A program made the translations under genes and the position numbers. Under the pieces are notes generated by a model that saw only the letters and a program-made list of their open reading frames with translations, was not told where the DNA came from and ran no database searches. A DNA stretch of 64,000 bases, taken from IMG/VR virus record IMGVR_UViG_2724679237_000005, positions 1 to 64,000 of that record; one strand, given 5' to 3'. Shown in pieces: positions 35,010 through 45,357 of the stretch; positions within the stretch are counted from its first letter, which is position 1; each line of letters begins with the position of its first letter. This DNA is from a virus (Duplodnaviria; Heunggongvirae; Uroviricota; Caudoviricetes).

Positions 35010-35879
35010 TTATTTTTTGATCATTCCATACATTGCTGAGGATTTAGCTTGCTCAACAAAGGAGGATAAATCGACATCACTATAGGTTGGAGACTTCAGA
35101 ATCTTTCCATCGGAAATTCGAAAACCGATCATCTTATCGGTGCCATCAGCATGGCGGAATCCCAGATCTGAAGAGTCGTATTTGCAGTTGGCCACAGCCT
35201 GGCGACGTTCCTCGACATCAGCAGGCCATAATTTTGTCATGTTCGACCGATGAATTTCGCCAACCAGCTCGACTACATTGATACCGAGGAAATCAGCCAG
35301 TCGATAGGTCATCATGCACGCCACATAGATTTTGTTCATGACACGGCGCAGTTCCTGAATCAGTTCAGAATCCTTAACAGTCTTGTTCTCAAGTTTATCT
35401 GCCAGCTCTTCGAGCATACATGACGCCTCACGAGCTTCCTGAAATGGCATTGCCATATCATCGAAAACAGTGTTACCGGGCACAAAAATTGTCTGCATAA
35501 AGCGATCAATGCTCTGTTCCTGCGTGTAATAGGTCATGCCGGTAGAAATACCACCTTTGATGGCGACCATCGTACCAACACCAACGTATAAAAAGTCGGC
35601 CATTGCATCCAGCAGTTGCTCAATATCCCCATTCATTGCGGCTGGAATACCTTCCACTACAGCTTCTTCATGAATCAGGCTTGCACGGAGACGAAGCAGC
35701 TCTGGTGTCGGCATAACGCGTCTCGGATGCTGGAAGAGTTCATGAAACTGATCGACCATCTTGTAAATACTTTCAGTAGCTACACCATGACCTTCATGCA
35801 ACTCATATGGTTCTGGCTTAAATCCAATGAGACGATCGGTGGCAAGTTTCAGGTGGTCAGTCAGTTTGGTAAAGTTCAT
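35010..35879 (-). CDS. MazG-like nucleoside triphosphate pyrophosphohydrolase candidate
   Basis: ATG at 35879 (MNFTKLTDHL) follows SD aaggaa. LIHEEAVVE...LLDAMADFLYV fits the EExxE...D metal-binding pattern. The longer tracked ORF overlaps the nrdB 3' end. Confidence 0.45.
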   Translation of the reverse strand: MNFTKLTDHLKLATDRLIGFKPEPYELHEGHGVATESIYKMVDQFHELFQHPRRVMPTPELLRLRASLIHEEAVVEGIPAAMNGDIEQLLDAMADFLYVGVGTMVAIKGGISTGMTYYTQEQSIDRFMQTIFVPGNTVFDDMAMPFQEAREASCMLEELADKLENKTVKDSELIQELRRVMNKIYVACMMTYRLADFLGINVVELVGEIHRSNMTKLWPADVEERRQAVANCKYDSSDLGFRHADGTDKMIGFRISDGKILKSPTYSDVDLSSFVEQAKSSAMYGMIKK

Positions 35880-35956
35880 GCTAGTTTTGTTCCTTCTTAA
35901 TTCTTGTGATCCATTGTGGCCCAGCGTTGCCAGGCCACATAATGCTTTGTATCGGT

Positions 35957-37099
35957 TTACAGGTCTGCAAACTGGCTTAGAGAAGCCTTGTCCACGGTAG
36001 AATCGATCTGACCTACCAGATATGTGCTTTGCTCTGCCTCTTGTGGTGCAATTTGCAGTGTGTCGGTTAACAACCACTTGTTCATCCAGACCAGCGGATC
36101 TGTGGTAACTTCTGGAAATAAAGCCTTCAGGCCAAGACGATTCATAGCCAGATTGGTTCGGTATTTTACATAGGTCTTCAGAATATCCGCGTTTAAACCA
36201 ATCATCGAACCGTCTTTGAAGAGATAGTCTGCCCAGTTCATTTCTTGTTCGGCGACTGATTTCATGGTGTCGTAAATGACGTTTTCTTCATCAGCAGCAA
36301 TCTCTTTCCACAATAAACCTTCGCGACCGGTACGCATGAAGCGGATCATGCGTTCAGTTCCTTCGCAATGCAGAGCTTCATCACGGGCAATAAAGCGCAT
36401 AATTTTGGTGTTACCCTCAAGCAACTTCCGTTCGCCAAAGGCAAACGTACATGCAAAACTTACATAGAAACGGATCGCCTCAAGCGCATTAATGGACACC
36501 AACGTGCGGAAAAGCTGACGGTGCAAAGGGTATGGCTCCCAGCCATATTCATTTACGTACAGACGTTCAAACTCTTTCTCACCTAACGACTGGCGCTCGC
36601 AGGTCATCCCATAAAGCCTGTCATATTCAGCAGAGATACTGATCGCTCGGTTGATGATTTCTTCATCCGTAACAATACCGTCAAAAACAATGCTCGGATC
36701 GTCCACCATGCCACGAATAATGTGGGTGTAGCTGCGGCTATGGATAGTCTCAGAGAAAGACCATGTTTCAACCCACGTTTCCAGTTCAGGAATAGAGATA
36801 AGCGGCAGCAGCGTTGCATTTGGGCTACGTCCCTGAACTGAATCGAGTAACGTTTGATAACGGAGATTGCTCAGAAAAATGTGACGTTCGTGGTCCCGCA
36901 GCTTCGTGTTGAAGTCGATACGATCGCTCGAAATATCAACTTCTTCCGGCCGCCAGAAGAAAGACAATTGACGTTCAATCAACTTTTCAAAATCACGGTA
37001 TTTTTGCTGATCGTAACGTGCCACGTTGACAGATTGTCCGAGGAACATAGGTTCTTTGGTTGCATCATTAGCACCCAAACGGAACGTTGAATATGACAT
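35957..37099 (-). CDS. nrdB: ribonucleotide reductase class Ia beta subunit
   Basis: ATG at 37099. [55 protein letters not shown] parallels E. coli NrdB. ExxH iron ligands are present ([16 protein letters not shown]). Confidence 0.93.
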   Translation of the reverse strand: MSYSTFRLGANDATKEPMFLGQSVNVARYDQQKYRDFEKLIERQLSFFWRPEEVDISSDRIDFNTKLRDHERHIFLSNLRYQTLLDSVQGRSPNATLLPLISIPELETWVETWSFSETIHSRSYTHIIRGMVDDPSIVFDGIVTDEEIINRAISISAEYDRLYGMTCERQSLGEKEFERLYVNEYGWEPYPLHRQLFRTLVSINALEAIRFYVSFACTFAFGERKLLEGNTKIMRFIARDEALHCEGTERMIRFMRTGREGLLWKEIAADEENVIYDTMKSVAEQEMNWADYLFKDGSMIGLNADILKTYVKYRTNLAMNRLGLKALFPEVTTDPLVWMNKWLLTDTLQIAPQEAEQSTYLVGQIDSTVDKASLSQFADL

Positions 37100-37127
37100 G
37101 TGTTTTTCCTTTTGTTTTTTGATGTGT

Positions 37128-37162
37128 TTAAACAAGTTGTTATCTTATTTGTTTAAACAAGG
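37128..37162 (-). promoter_or_regulatory. A-type promoter/leader motif
   Basis: taaacaagttgttatcttatttgtttaaacaagg, between nrdA and nrdB. Confidence 0.45.
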
Positions 37163-37180
37163 CTTACAAATCAAAGAGAA

Positions 37181-37199
37181 GGTGGGGATACACCCCACC
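37181..37199 (-). terminator. terminator after nrdA
   Basis: ggtgggg-ataca-ccccacc with TTCTCTTTGATTT on the minus strand. Confidence 0.7.
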
Positions 37200-37204
37200 A
37201 TATG

Positions 37205-39520
37205 TCAGATTTTGCAGGCTCCGTCGCACTCATCTTCTGGCTCGACGGCTACAGCTTGCGTCAGTGGATTCTGCGGTTCGTCGTCATCACGCTTTCCTGC
37301 CCCATCTCTGGTGTTGTGGTAGTAAAGCGTTTTAACTCCCATCTTGTAGGCGAGAAGCAAATCTGACAGTAGCGTCATCATTGGGACTTTATCGCCTTCA
37401 AAGCGAGAAGGGTCATAGTTGGTATTGGCTGAAATAGCCTGGTCAAAGAACTTCTGGATGATCGCCACCTTTGTCAGATAGCCGCGGTTGTCCGGCATAT
37501 CCCACAGGTATTCATACTGTTCCTTCAGTTTTTCAAACTCAGGCACGACCATCTTAACGATGCCGTCCTTAGAAGATTTCACCGACACCGGGCCACGAGG
37601 CGGTTCGATGCCGTTGGTGGAATTAGTGATCTGGCTGGAAGTCTCGCATGGCATTTGTGCCGTCAGTGTGGAGTTGCGAAGGCCGTATTTTGCAATACGT
37701 TCACGCAGTTCTTCCCACGGCATCTTTAACTCAAAGTTGGTTTCGCCACTTTCGTCTAATGAAGAACGGTAATGGTCGATCGGCAACTGACCAATTGCGT
37801 ACTTGGTCTGCTCAAACCAGTCACACTCACCTTTTGCTTCAGCAAGTCGGCAGCTGGCATCAAGAAGGTAATACTGGATAGCTTCGAACGTTTCATGCAC
37901 CAGTTTATTGCCAGCGGTATCAGAATAACGAACGCCATTCTTTGCCAGGTAATAAGCAAAGTTGGTTACACCAATTCCCAAGCTACGACGAGCTTTGGCA
38001 GGCACTTCGGCTGCCTCCATCGGATAGTCTTGATAATCCAGTAACGAATCCAGTGCAGCAACGGCATAGAACGCCACCTCTTTAAGAGACTCCAGTGAAC
38101 GGATAGCTCCGAGGTTAAAAGCGGATAAAGTGCATAGCGCGATCTCACCGTTCGGGTCGTCGGTAAATGCCAGTGGACGAGTGGGTAGAGTGATCTCCAT
38201 GCACAGGTTTGACTGGCGGACAGGTGCAAGAGCAGGAATGAAAGCGCCATGCTCATTAATATGATCTACGTTCGCAATATAAATTCGGCCCGTGGACGCT
38301 CGTTCCTGCATCAGAGATGAGAACAGCTCAATGGCAGGTACTGACTTCTTGCGAATTGAATCATCGGCTTCGTATTTATGGTACAGCTTTTCAAACAGCT
38401 CCTGGTCTGTGAAGAAGGCTTCGTACATATCAGGCACATCATGCGGGCTGAACAGAGTGATGTTCTCGCTTCTGACGAGTCGACGGTACATTAGACGGTT
38501 ACTCATGACGCCGTAATCAAGATGGCGAACGCGGTTTTCATCAATACCACGGTTATTTTTCACCACCAGCAGACTTTCAACTTCAAGATGCCATATCGGG
38601 TAAAACGCTGTTGCTGCGCCACCACGAACACCTCCTTGCGAGCAAGATTTAACAGCAGTCTGGAAATGCTTCAGGAATGGAATAACTCCGGTATGGGTGG
38701 CTTCACCATTGCGGATCTCGCTGCCCAGCGCACGGATACGGCCAAAACCAATACCAATTCCAGCACGACGTGAAACGTAGTCGATAATTGCGGCTGAAGC
38801 TGCACTAATCCCTTTCAGACTATCGCCAGACTCAATCAGCACACAACTGGAGAACTGACGGGTTGGAGTACGGACGCCGGCCATGATTGGTGTGGGCAGA
38901 GACAGTTTGAACGTACTTGTAACGTCATAGAAACCTTTGACCATCTCCATACGTGTTTTGCCAGCGCAGTCGTCTTCCCAATTCTGGAACAGACACATGC
39001 CCACCAGCATATAGATATGTTGCGGCCCCTCATGAATCTCACCAGTAACACGGTTTTGAACGAGGTATTTGCTTTGCAATTGCACCGTAGCCGCATAGCC
39101 AAAAAGATCGTCACGTTTAGGCTTAATGTAATTGCCGAGTTCTTCGATCTCTTCAAATGAATAATGTGTCAGCAAATCCTTGTCATAAACGCCCTTGTTA
39201 ACGTTCTTGATAATGTGTTGGTAGAAGTTCGGATAGTCGTAACGACCGAAGGCATCTTTGCGGATTTTAAAAATGTTCAGGCGGGCAGCCACCTGTGAGT
39301 AATTTGGTGCTTCTGGTGAGATCAAATCAGCGGCAGATTTAACCAAAGCCTCATGCAACTGGCTGGTGGTAATCCCATCAAAAATGCTGGCCGCAGCTCC
39401 CATTGCTACAGCGGATGCGCTTACACCACGAATGCCTTCTACGCCATACATTACGACGCGGTTGTATTTTTCTTCGGATAACGGCTCTGTTTGGCCGTTA
39501 CGTTTTACGATGCTTATCAT
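37205..39520 (-). CDS. nrdA: ribonucleotide reductase class Ia alpha subunit
   Basis: 771 aa. N-terminal ATP-cone (VKRNGQTEPLSEEK), active-site SNLCMEI and a C-terminal CDGAC redox tail. Confidence 0.95.
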   Translation of the reverse strand: MISIVKRNGQTEPLSEEKYNRVVMYGVEGIRGVSASAVAMGAAASIFDGITTSQLHEALVKSAADLISPEAPNYSQVAARLNIFKIRKDAFGRYDYPNFYQHIIKNVNKGVYDKDLLTHYSFEEIEELGNYIKPKRDDLFGYAATVQLQSKYLVQNRVTGEIHEGPQHIYMLVGMCLFQNWEDDCAGKTRMEMVKGFYDVTSTFKLSLPTPIMAGVRTPTRQFSSCVLIESGDSLKGISAASAAIIDYVSRRAGIGIGFGRIRALGSEIRNGEATHTGVIPFLKHFQTAVKSCSQGGVRGGAATAFYPIWHLEVESLLVVKNNRGIDENRVRHLDYGVMSNRLMYRRLVRSENITLFSPHDVPDMYEAFFTDQELFEKLYHKYEADDSIRKKSVPAIELFSSLMQERASTGRIYIANVDHINEHGAFIPALAPVRQSNLCMEITLPTRPLAFTDDPNGEIALCTLSAFNLGAIRSLESLKEVAFYAVAALDSLLDYQDYPMEAAEVPAKARRSLGIGVTNFAYYLAKNGVRYSDTAGNKLVHETFEAIQYYLLDASCRLAEAKGECDWFEQTKYAIGQLPIDHYRSSLDESGETNFELKMPWEELRERIAKYGLRNSTLTAQMPCETSSQITNSTNGIEPPRGPVSVKSSKDGIVKMVVPEFEKLKEQYEYLWDMPDNRGYLTKVAIIQKFFDQAISANTNYDPSRFEGDKVPMMTLLSDLLLAYKMGVKTLYYHNTRDGAGKRDDDEPQNPLTQAVAVEPEDECDGACKI

Positions 39521-39565
39521 GTATCACCAAATAAAGAGGGCCACTATATTTAGTGGCCCATGTTA

Positions 39566-39585
39566 ATAGATAAGCACTTACCTAT
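39566..39585. promoter_or_regulatory. B-type operator within a sigma70-like promoter upstream of nrdA
   Basis: atagataagcacttacctat. The minus strand reads TTGATA-17 nt-TAACAT with the operator filling the spacer. A GGGCCACTA/TAGTGGCCC hairpin follows. Confidence 0.55.
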
Positions 39586-39593
39586 CAATGAGA

Positions 39594-40163
39594 TCAAATG
39601 AGAGACTTGAGAACATCGCGCACCTGGCGAAACTGATCCGTTTGCATACCGGTATGGATGGCAGCCACCGCATCAGCCAAATGTTCGTTTTTGTTCACGA
39701 GAACATCCTGTCCAGATTGCTTACGACGCAGCCACGGTGCTTTAGGGTGTTTTTTCGTAGCCCACTGGATAATCTCTTCTTTCGATGTAGTAAGTTTATT
39801 GCCGACAAAATGCTTAATTTCGTTTGGAGTAACCTGGATCAATGGCTTATCCACACACGCAAGTACACCGATACAAATACCGTAAGACGTCTGCGAACGA
39901 GAGTTTTGGCTCCCAACCGGTAGCTCACAAAAAACCATATTCGCCTTATCAATGATTGGCTTCGCAACACGCCATATTTCACTGGCACGGCGCAGATCGT
40001 CACTGTTCACACGAACGGTCTTTTTGTTACTCCCCGCTTTAGTCTCAACAAGAGTAAGGCCGTGAATCTCAAGTTCGTCCGTTTCAAGGTCTAAAGTGCC
40101 CACAGCAAGCCCAAAGTTGCTCATCGAGGGATCAACACCAACTACGCTGATTTTTTTACTCAT
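39594..40163 (-). CDS. RuvC-like Holliday-junction resolvase
   Basis: 189 aa. VVGVDPS, VFCELP and NEHLADAVAAIH correspond to the RuvC acidic catalytic positions. Confidence 0.65.
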   Translation of the reverse strand: MSKKISVVGVDPSMSNFGLAVGTLDLETDELEIHGLTLVETKAGSNKKTVRVNSDDLRRASEIWRVAKPIIDKANMVFCELPVGSQNSRSQTSYGICIGVLACVDKPLIQVTPNEIKHFVGNKLTTSKEEIIQWATKKHPKAPWLRRKQSGQDVLVNKNEHLADAVAAIHTGMQTDQFRQVRDVLKSLI

Positions 40164-40172
40164 ATAGTCTCC

Positions 40173-40916
40173 TTACCATGTTCCCCATAGAGGGTTTTCC
40201 AATAATCTCGCCTCCAACGAATTGGCTACTATTGCCGTTTGCAACGTTGGTTGGGGATAGTTTGCAAAGTCTGAATACTCATTTTCCTGCGTGACACGTT
40301 TATCTACGGCATGTTTAACGCCACTTGCTATGAAATGACGCATGATGCCCAACAGCCTCCGACTGTCTGCACTATCGTTTGCTAAAACATGAGGGAGCTG
40401 AAGTTCGATTTCTACCATTTCTCCATACTTACCAACAAACTGTAGTTTGTCCGCACTGTACTTTTTATCCCTCCTTTGGATAAGGAAACCAGTAAAAGCA
40501 TCACCTGGCGATGCCAAACTATCCACCCGCTTATTGGCAAGTCGAATAAGGTTCGTGAAAGCCATACAGTGATGCGCACCCATTCCCCCAAAGAACCCTT
40601 CGCTATTAATGTTAAGATCTTCAGTTTCATGGGATGCAATAAACCCAGGCCCGACGTTGGGAAGATATCCCCCCTCAACAAAAGGATTAATCAGGATCGG
40701 CGCAATACATCCAGGTGGTAGTGATTTCAAACTTTGCATCAATGGCGTCTCGGATATTAGACCAAGCAACGCGGCGAATTGTACTCCGTCAATATTGTTG
40801 CTGCCCCACAGAATACGTGGAGCCGCACCATTGGAAGTATGCCCATTGATCAGTTTTATCGACTGCATCACTGCAAATACCTGCAAAAACTGCGAGCGGC
40901 TTAATTTAAACGACAT
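40173..40916 (-). CDS. hypothetical protein
   Basis: 247-aa ORF. Its start overlaps the SbcC-like 3' end. Confidence 0.55.
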   Translation of the reverse strand: MSFKLSRSQFLQVFAVMQSIKLINGHTSNGAAPRILWGSNNIDGVQFAALLGLISETPLMQSLKSLPPGCIAPILINPFVEGGYLPNVGPGFIASHETEDLNINSEGFFGGMGAHHCMAFTNLIRLANKRVDSLASPGDAFTGFLIQRRDKKYSADKLQFVGKYGEMVEIELQLPHVLANDSADSRRLLGIMRHFIASGVKHAVDKRVTQENEYSDFANYPQPTLQTAIVANSLEARLLENPLWGTW

Positions 40917-42822
40917 AGCTGCGCCCCTCTTTAACTTCCAGCGTAATAGTTTCCCGGAACCATGACTTCATCTCTTTATGGGAGATAATCAGCACAGTAC
41001 CTCGCTCGCGAGCTTTGGACTCCAGAATACCCATGAGGCGTTCAAGACCGGCTGTATCGAGTGCATCGTCAATTTCGTCGCCGATAAACAAATCGATGTT
41101 TTTACTCGCCCGGTTACTAACCAGATCCTGCAATGCCAAAGAACACGCAATGCGAACCTTCCGCTTCTCACCACCAGAGAGGGTCTGGAACGACTTACTT
41201 GAACCTTTCTTCTGCACACTAATGTTGAATTTGTCGCGATACTCACCTTTTTTAGTGACATCCATCGTCGACCACTCAGCAGTAATATTCCCGTCAGACA
41301 ACGTATTGAGATACTCGGCTGTGCGTGTATTCAGGAAAGGCGTAACAGACGTCAAAATATGAGAACGCACCCCGGCAGGAGAGTAGACCTGACGAGCTTT
41401 TTCCAATAGCAACGTTTGTTCCTGAATAGCCTTTAACTCGTCTTTTAAGGACTTGAAGGTAGACTTACTGGATGCCAGGTTATCTTCGTGTCTGGCGATA
41501 AGAGCAATAAACGGATTAATCTCTTTTGATATACGATCGACCTCAGTACGAGCACGAGTAACAAGAGACTCAATAGCAACAACCTCCTTCTCACGATGAC
41601 GCAAAGTTGAGAGTTGTTTAGTAAGCTCTTCAATCCGGGCAATGATAGCCGTTACATCAGGTGTCGTTTTAACAAGGGCAGACTCAATGCTTAACGCCTT
41701 CTCAAGATTCGTTTTGTGTTTAGCCATTGCCTCTGCAAGTGTCTTCGCCTGACCAATTTCCTGACGTGCTTGTTCAATGAAACTCTCCTTCACCGTTGAT
41801 AGATCTTCTTCGCAGTAGGCTTTGCCACAAGTAGGGCATGGTGATCCCACTTTAGTACCAACCTCTTCTGCTTTGGTCTTAAAATTACGCGCGCGGTTCA
41901 TTGCATCAGCCTGACTATTTTCTGTAGCTTTGATGCTTGCCCGAATATCAGTTATCGCACCACGCACTTTGAGCAACTTGGCATCATGTTCTTCTTTTGA
42001 GGCTAACTTTTTGCGCTCACTTTCGATTGCCTTCTCGGTATCACGGATCTGTTCGGGAAGAGTGCGGATCTCAAGTTCAACTTCCGTTAACTCAACTTCG
42101 GCACTTGCCAACCCAGCTAGGGCATCGTCATAACGTTTAGAACGCTCTTGCTCCCATGATTCAGAGGAGGCTTTCGCGGACTCAATTTCTGACTGTGTTG
42201 CCTCAATGGTCGAGATTGTCGACTCCAATTTGGTTTTAATCACGTCCATACGTGCGGCAGCTGCGTTAGCTCGTTCACGAGCAATAGCGTAGGCGCGTGT
42301 CAGTCTGTCAACGCCAGCGGCTTCTTCTACGATGGTTTTGAGATTTTTGTCGGACATTCCAGGTAGATCTGGCATAGCTTCTTGGCTTGCATAGATGGAA
42401 GCCATGAAAACTTCTTTAGATGCACCGATCAGACGCTCGACGAACTCCTGCGTCAGCGCATCTTTGCCTTTCGTCATATCGCCATCTTCACCACGAACGA
42501 TAAGACGATTTTTGAACTCTTTGTGTTTACGGTGACGAATGATCGCGTATCTCTTGCCTTCATCCTCGATGGTTACTGCAACACGACAGTTCTTTTCATG
42601 GTCGGTAGACAACACATCGTCACCCTTCACACCATGAGCTGTTTCGCCATAAAGACACCACATCAGGCTATTCATTAGCGTTGACTTTCCAGAGCCATTG
42701 CTTGATGCGGAACTATCATCACTATTAACGCCCTGAATTAGCACTAAACCACGCTGATCTAACTCGACCTCCGCGCTGGCGATAGCCATAAAATTCTCAA
42801 CCTGGAGTTTTAAAAACTTCAT
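40906..42822 (-). CDS. SbcC/Rad50-like ATPase
   Basis: 638 aa. Walker A NGSGKST, long coiled coil with a CPTC zinc hook, signature LSGGEKR and Walker B LFIGDEID. Confidence 0.85.
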   Translation of the reverse strand: MKFLKLQVENFMAIASAEVELDQRGLVLIQGVNSDDSSASSNGSGKSTLMNSLMWCLYGETAHGVKGDDVLSTDHEKNCRVAVTIEDEGKRYAIIRHRKHKEFKNRLIVRGEDGDMTKGKDALTQEFVERLIGASKEVFMASIYASQEAMPDLPGMSDKNLKTIVEEAAGVDRLTRAYAIARERANAAAARMDVIKTKLESTISTIEATQSEIESAKASSESWEQERSKRYDDALAGLASAEVELTEVELEIRTLPEQIRDTEKAIESERKKLASKEEHDAKLLKVRGAITDIRASIKATENSQADAMNRARNFKTKAEEVGTKVGSPCPTCGKAYCEEDLSTVKESFIEQARQEIGQAKTLAEAMAKHKTNLEKALSIESALVKTTPDVTAIIARIEELTKQLSTLRHREKEVVAIESLVTRARTEVDRISKEINPFIALIARHEDNLASSKSTFKSLKDELKAIQEQTLLLEKARQVYSPAGVRSHILTSVTPFLNTRTAEYLNTLSDGNITAEWSTMDVTKKGEYRDKFNISVQKKGSSKSFQTLSGGEKRKVRIACSLALQDLVSNRASKNIDLFIGDEIDDALDTAGLERLMGILESKARERGTVLIISHKEMKSWFRETITLEVKEGRSYVV

Positions 42823-43010
42823 ATAACACCTCTGATACCGTGTGTTAGCTTTTGGCCTTCTTTCAATCTGAACTCCGTATGCGCCGGGAAGGATCTACGC
42901 CTCAATACGCCTTTTTTGGTTAACCTTCCTAGATAAAACGCTACGGGATTTCCTTGTGGCGGGTAGGGCTTGTGAAACATCACCGTCTGGCCTCGTTCAA
43001 GTCTTTTCAT
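42819..43010 (-). CDS. possible small basic protein between the sbcD-like and sbcC-like genes
   Basis: 63 aa from ATG 43010. It fills the intergenic gap, and its stop overlaps the SbcC-like start (4 nt). No motif recognised. Confidence 0.35.
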   Translation of the reverse strand: MKRLERGQTVMFHKPYPPQGNPVAFYLGRLTKKGVLRRRSFPAHTEFRLKEGQKLTHGIRGVI

Positions 43011-43051
43011 CGTGATGGCAAAGTCTCGAAAGCTCCCATAACGACTTTGCC

Positions 43052-44137
43052 TCACACAGCCTCCGAACTCTCCGCTTCGGTGAGGATTTCCTGACACAAA
43101 ATATCCAACTTGCTCAGATCAAATCCGCCGTCAGTATCGTGAACAATCTTGCAATAAGCAGATACCGACTCTCCTAGGCTATCGATTTTGCTGGTTTCCG
43201 TTGTGCTTGCTGTCCCTTCCATCATTGATGACTTACGGATGAAGTTGCACACGACACCTTTTGCACCCATTGTTTTGAGGATGTTCTGGTACTTAATGCC
43301 TTCTTCATCGTTCTCAATTACGGCGCGGAAACGCACGTAGTTGCCGCGAATTTGGTCATCAGCAACATAATCTTCCAGGTTAATGAATTTAGGCGCACTG
43401 GTTTCGTAGTGACTGAAACTGCCGTCCGGGTTTACGATCATGTAACCAGCCAGAGATCCAACATCTCCCCAATTTTGATGGGTCAGTGCACCGACACTGA
43501 TAACTCCAGGAATGACCTCTTTGTGGTTGTGGTAATGCCCACTAAGCACGAGACGAAAGCCGATATCCTTTAACTCCTGCGCATCGATACCGACGTCAGG
43601 CATTGTTGGAATGGCTTTGTTAATGGATGTATGGATAACAACGTCATGATTATCACCTTCTACGCTCTTACGTAATGCTTTCAGATCGCTGATAAGCTCC
43701 GCATGATTGTTACGCCAGCTAATCAGGTGGACAGTCACATCACCAATTTTTATTGAGTGTGGGCGCTTGCCACATACGATTACCACGCCGATAGAACTCA
43801 GCGATGCTGCTGCGTTGGCGCTATATACTGAATCGTTGGTTTCAAGATCGTGATTACCGGCCAGCATTACTACTGTCAGATCAAGCTCGTTGATAATCCA
43901 CTTGTACGTTTCAGTTACGTAATGCAAAACAGAAGGGGACACAGTTCCTCGGACGTGAAATGTATCACCGGCAACCAACATGTACTTACAACCGGCCTTC
44001 TTCATGGCGATGGCTGCTTCTTTCGTTGCTTCCAACTGTATTTCAAGTCTGGAGTTAAGCCCCTCAGCGTTCGTCGTGGAGAACGCATCCCATTTGTGGT
44101 AGTGGCAGTCAGAAATGACGCCGTATGGCAAAGTCAT
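43052..44137 (-). CDS. SbcD/Mre11-like nuclease
   Basis: 361 aa. Calcineurin-type phosphoesterase motifs DCHYH, GDTFH, GNHD and GHYH. Confidence 0.85.
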   Translation of the reverse strand: MTLPYGVISDCHYHKWDAFSTTNAEGLNSRLEIQLEATKEAAIAMKKAGCKYMLVAGDTFHVRGTVSPSVLHYVTETYKWIINELDLTVVMLAGNHDLETNDSVYSANAAASLSSIGVVIVCGKRPHSIKIGDVTVHLISWRNNHAELISDLKALRKSVEGDNHDVVIHTSINKAIPTMPDVGIDAQELKDIGFRLVLSGHYHNHKEVIPGVISVGALTHQNWGDVGSLAGYMIVNPDGSFSHYETSAPKFINLEDYVADDQIRGNYVRFRAVIENDEEGIKYQNILKTMGAKGVVCNFIRKSSMMEGTASTTETSKIDSLGESVSAYCKIVHDTDGGFDLSKLDILCQEILTEAESSEAV

Positions 44138-44249
44138 GTGTTTTTCCTTTGTGGTTATTTTGATACAAATTTTAAGAGCAATGAGAAGGTAAACAACTAT
44201 GCATAACGGTATGTTAGGAATGAAACGAGCGTCTTAATATACAAAATTT

Positions 44250-44269
44250 ATAAGTAAGTATATACCTAT
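44250..44269. promoter_or_regulatory. B-type palindromic operator-like motif
   Basis: ataagtaagtatatacctat, upstream of the sbcD-like gene. Confidence 0.5.
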
Positions 44270-44391
44270 TTGTTGTGGCGCAACTTTGCTTGTCTGTATG
44301 ACTAAAAATAAGACAGGATCACTGTAGAACGCTATGAGAGCTATTTTGAGGGGGCGTAGATTCTATCTACGCCAATATACGATCTGGAGGG

Positions 44392-45036
44392 TTACAGCGC
44401 GTCAGTGGGCTTTTTACGCGCTGCGTTTATGCTTATGACGCCAGCTTTTGGACGTGGGTCAACAAGGTTAAGCTCTTCTTCGCTGTGGTATTCGAGGTCG
44501 AACTCACGTTTTACATGTCTGATGTAGATTGCGGTGAGCAGGCTATCTTTGGTCAGAAAGTGTCCGTAGGATTTGCGGATCACTTCTTCTACCTTCTCGA
44601 TTTTCTCACCACCCATACAGAGATGATTAAACCGGCTGTGTTTCCGCAACATTTCGTCTACTGGGCCTGAGTAAACCTTGTCTACTTTCCCAAAACGGAT
44701 GATTTTCCCTGTGTCTGCGGATACGAGGCAAATCAGCTTGTCTGGTGATAAACGATCTCGCCACGTCACACCTGAACGGAGTGTGTTGAAGTAGGGAGCA
44801 TCCAATCCGATGATCGGTTTACGAAATGCGAGTAATGGAACGTACCTGATGCAACTGTTTAAATGAAAATTCACACCAGCCTTATCAAGTTTAATTCTGG
44901 TTTCGTAGATCGGGCACTTCGCCGCTATACCGCAGATGTCACAAAGCAACTTCTGCTTATTCAGGTTGGAATTTGATTCGATAGTGTAGGAGCCGTCTTC
45001 AAGACGACGAACCCAGCGCGTGCGTTTTAGATCCAT
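44392..45036 (-). CDS. hypothetical protein
   Basis: 214-aa ORF with a Cys cluster CDICGIAAKC. No family recognised. Confidence 0.55.
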   Translation of the reverse strand: MDLKRTRWVRRLEDGSYTIESNSNLNKQKLLCDICGIAAKCPIYETRIKLDKAGVNFHLNSCIRYVPLLAFRKPIIGLDAPYFNTLRSGVTWRDRLSPDKLICLVSADTGKIIRFGKVDKVYSGPVDEMLRKHSRFNHLCMGGEKIEKVEEVIRKSYGHFLTKDSLLTAIYIRHVKREFDLEYHSEEELNLVDPRPKAGVISINAARKKPTDAL

Positions 45037-45114
45037 ATGTCATTTTTCTGTGATTGTTAGCCGAGGCAACGATAACCCACCAGGTGCGCCGAAGGTAGTA
45101 AATGCCTGTTTTAA

Positions 45115-45337
45115 TTATTCACATATCCACAGGATAGATCCTAATAAAGAGATCCATAGATAGATCCTTGTATAGATCAAATAAGATCCCCGATCGCTGT
45201 AAGCCGCTCCACGACTGGTCTGAAGCCATGTTCATGTATGCTGCCAGCGGTAATTGATAGTCTGTCAACGGTTCGCCGTATGCTGCCAACTGTTTTTGGT
45301 ATGCTGCCAGCGGCAAATCAAGTATGCTGTCAGCGGT
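45115..45337 (+). other. P1-oriR-like plasmid replication origin
   Basis: Tandem DnaA boxes ttattcaca (45115-45123) and atatccaca (45123-45131). Six GATC sites between 45137 and 45195, five of them in AGATC(C) repeats spaced 10-14 bp apart. Four iterons TATGCTGYCARCKGT at 45237, 45279, 45300 and 45323, just upstream of repA. Confidence 0.8.
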
Positions 45338-45357
45338 TGAATGACAAAGGTGTCCAC

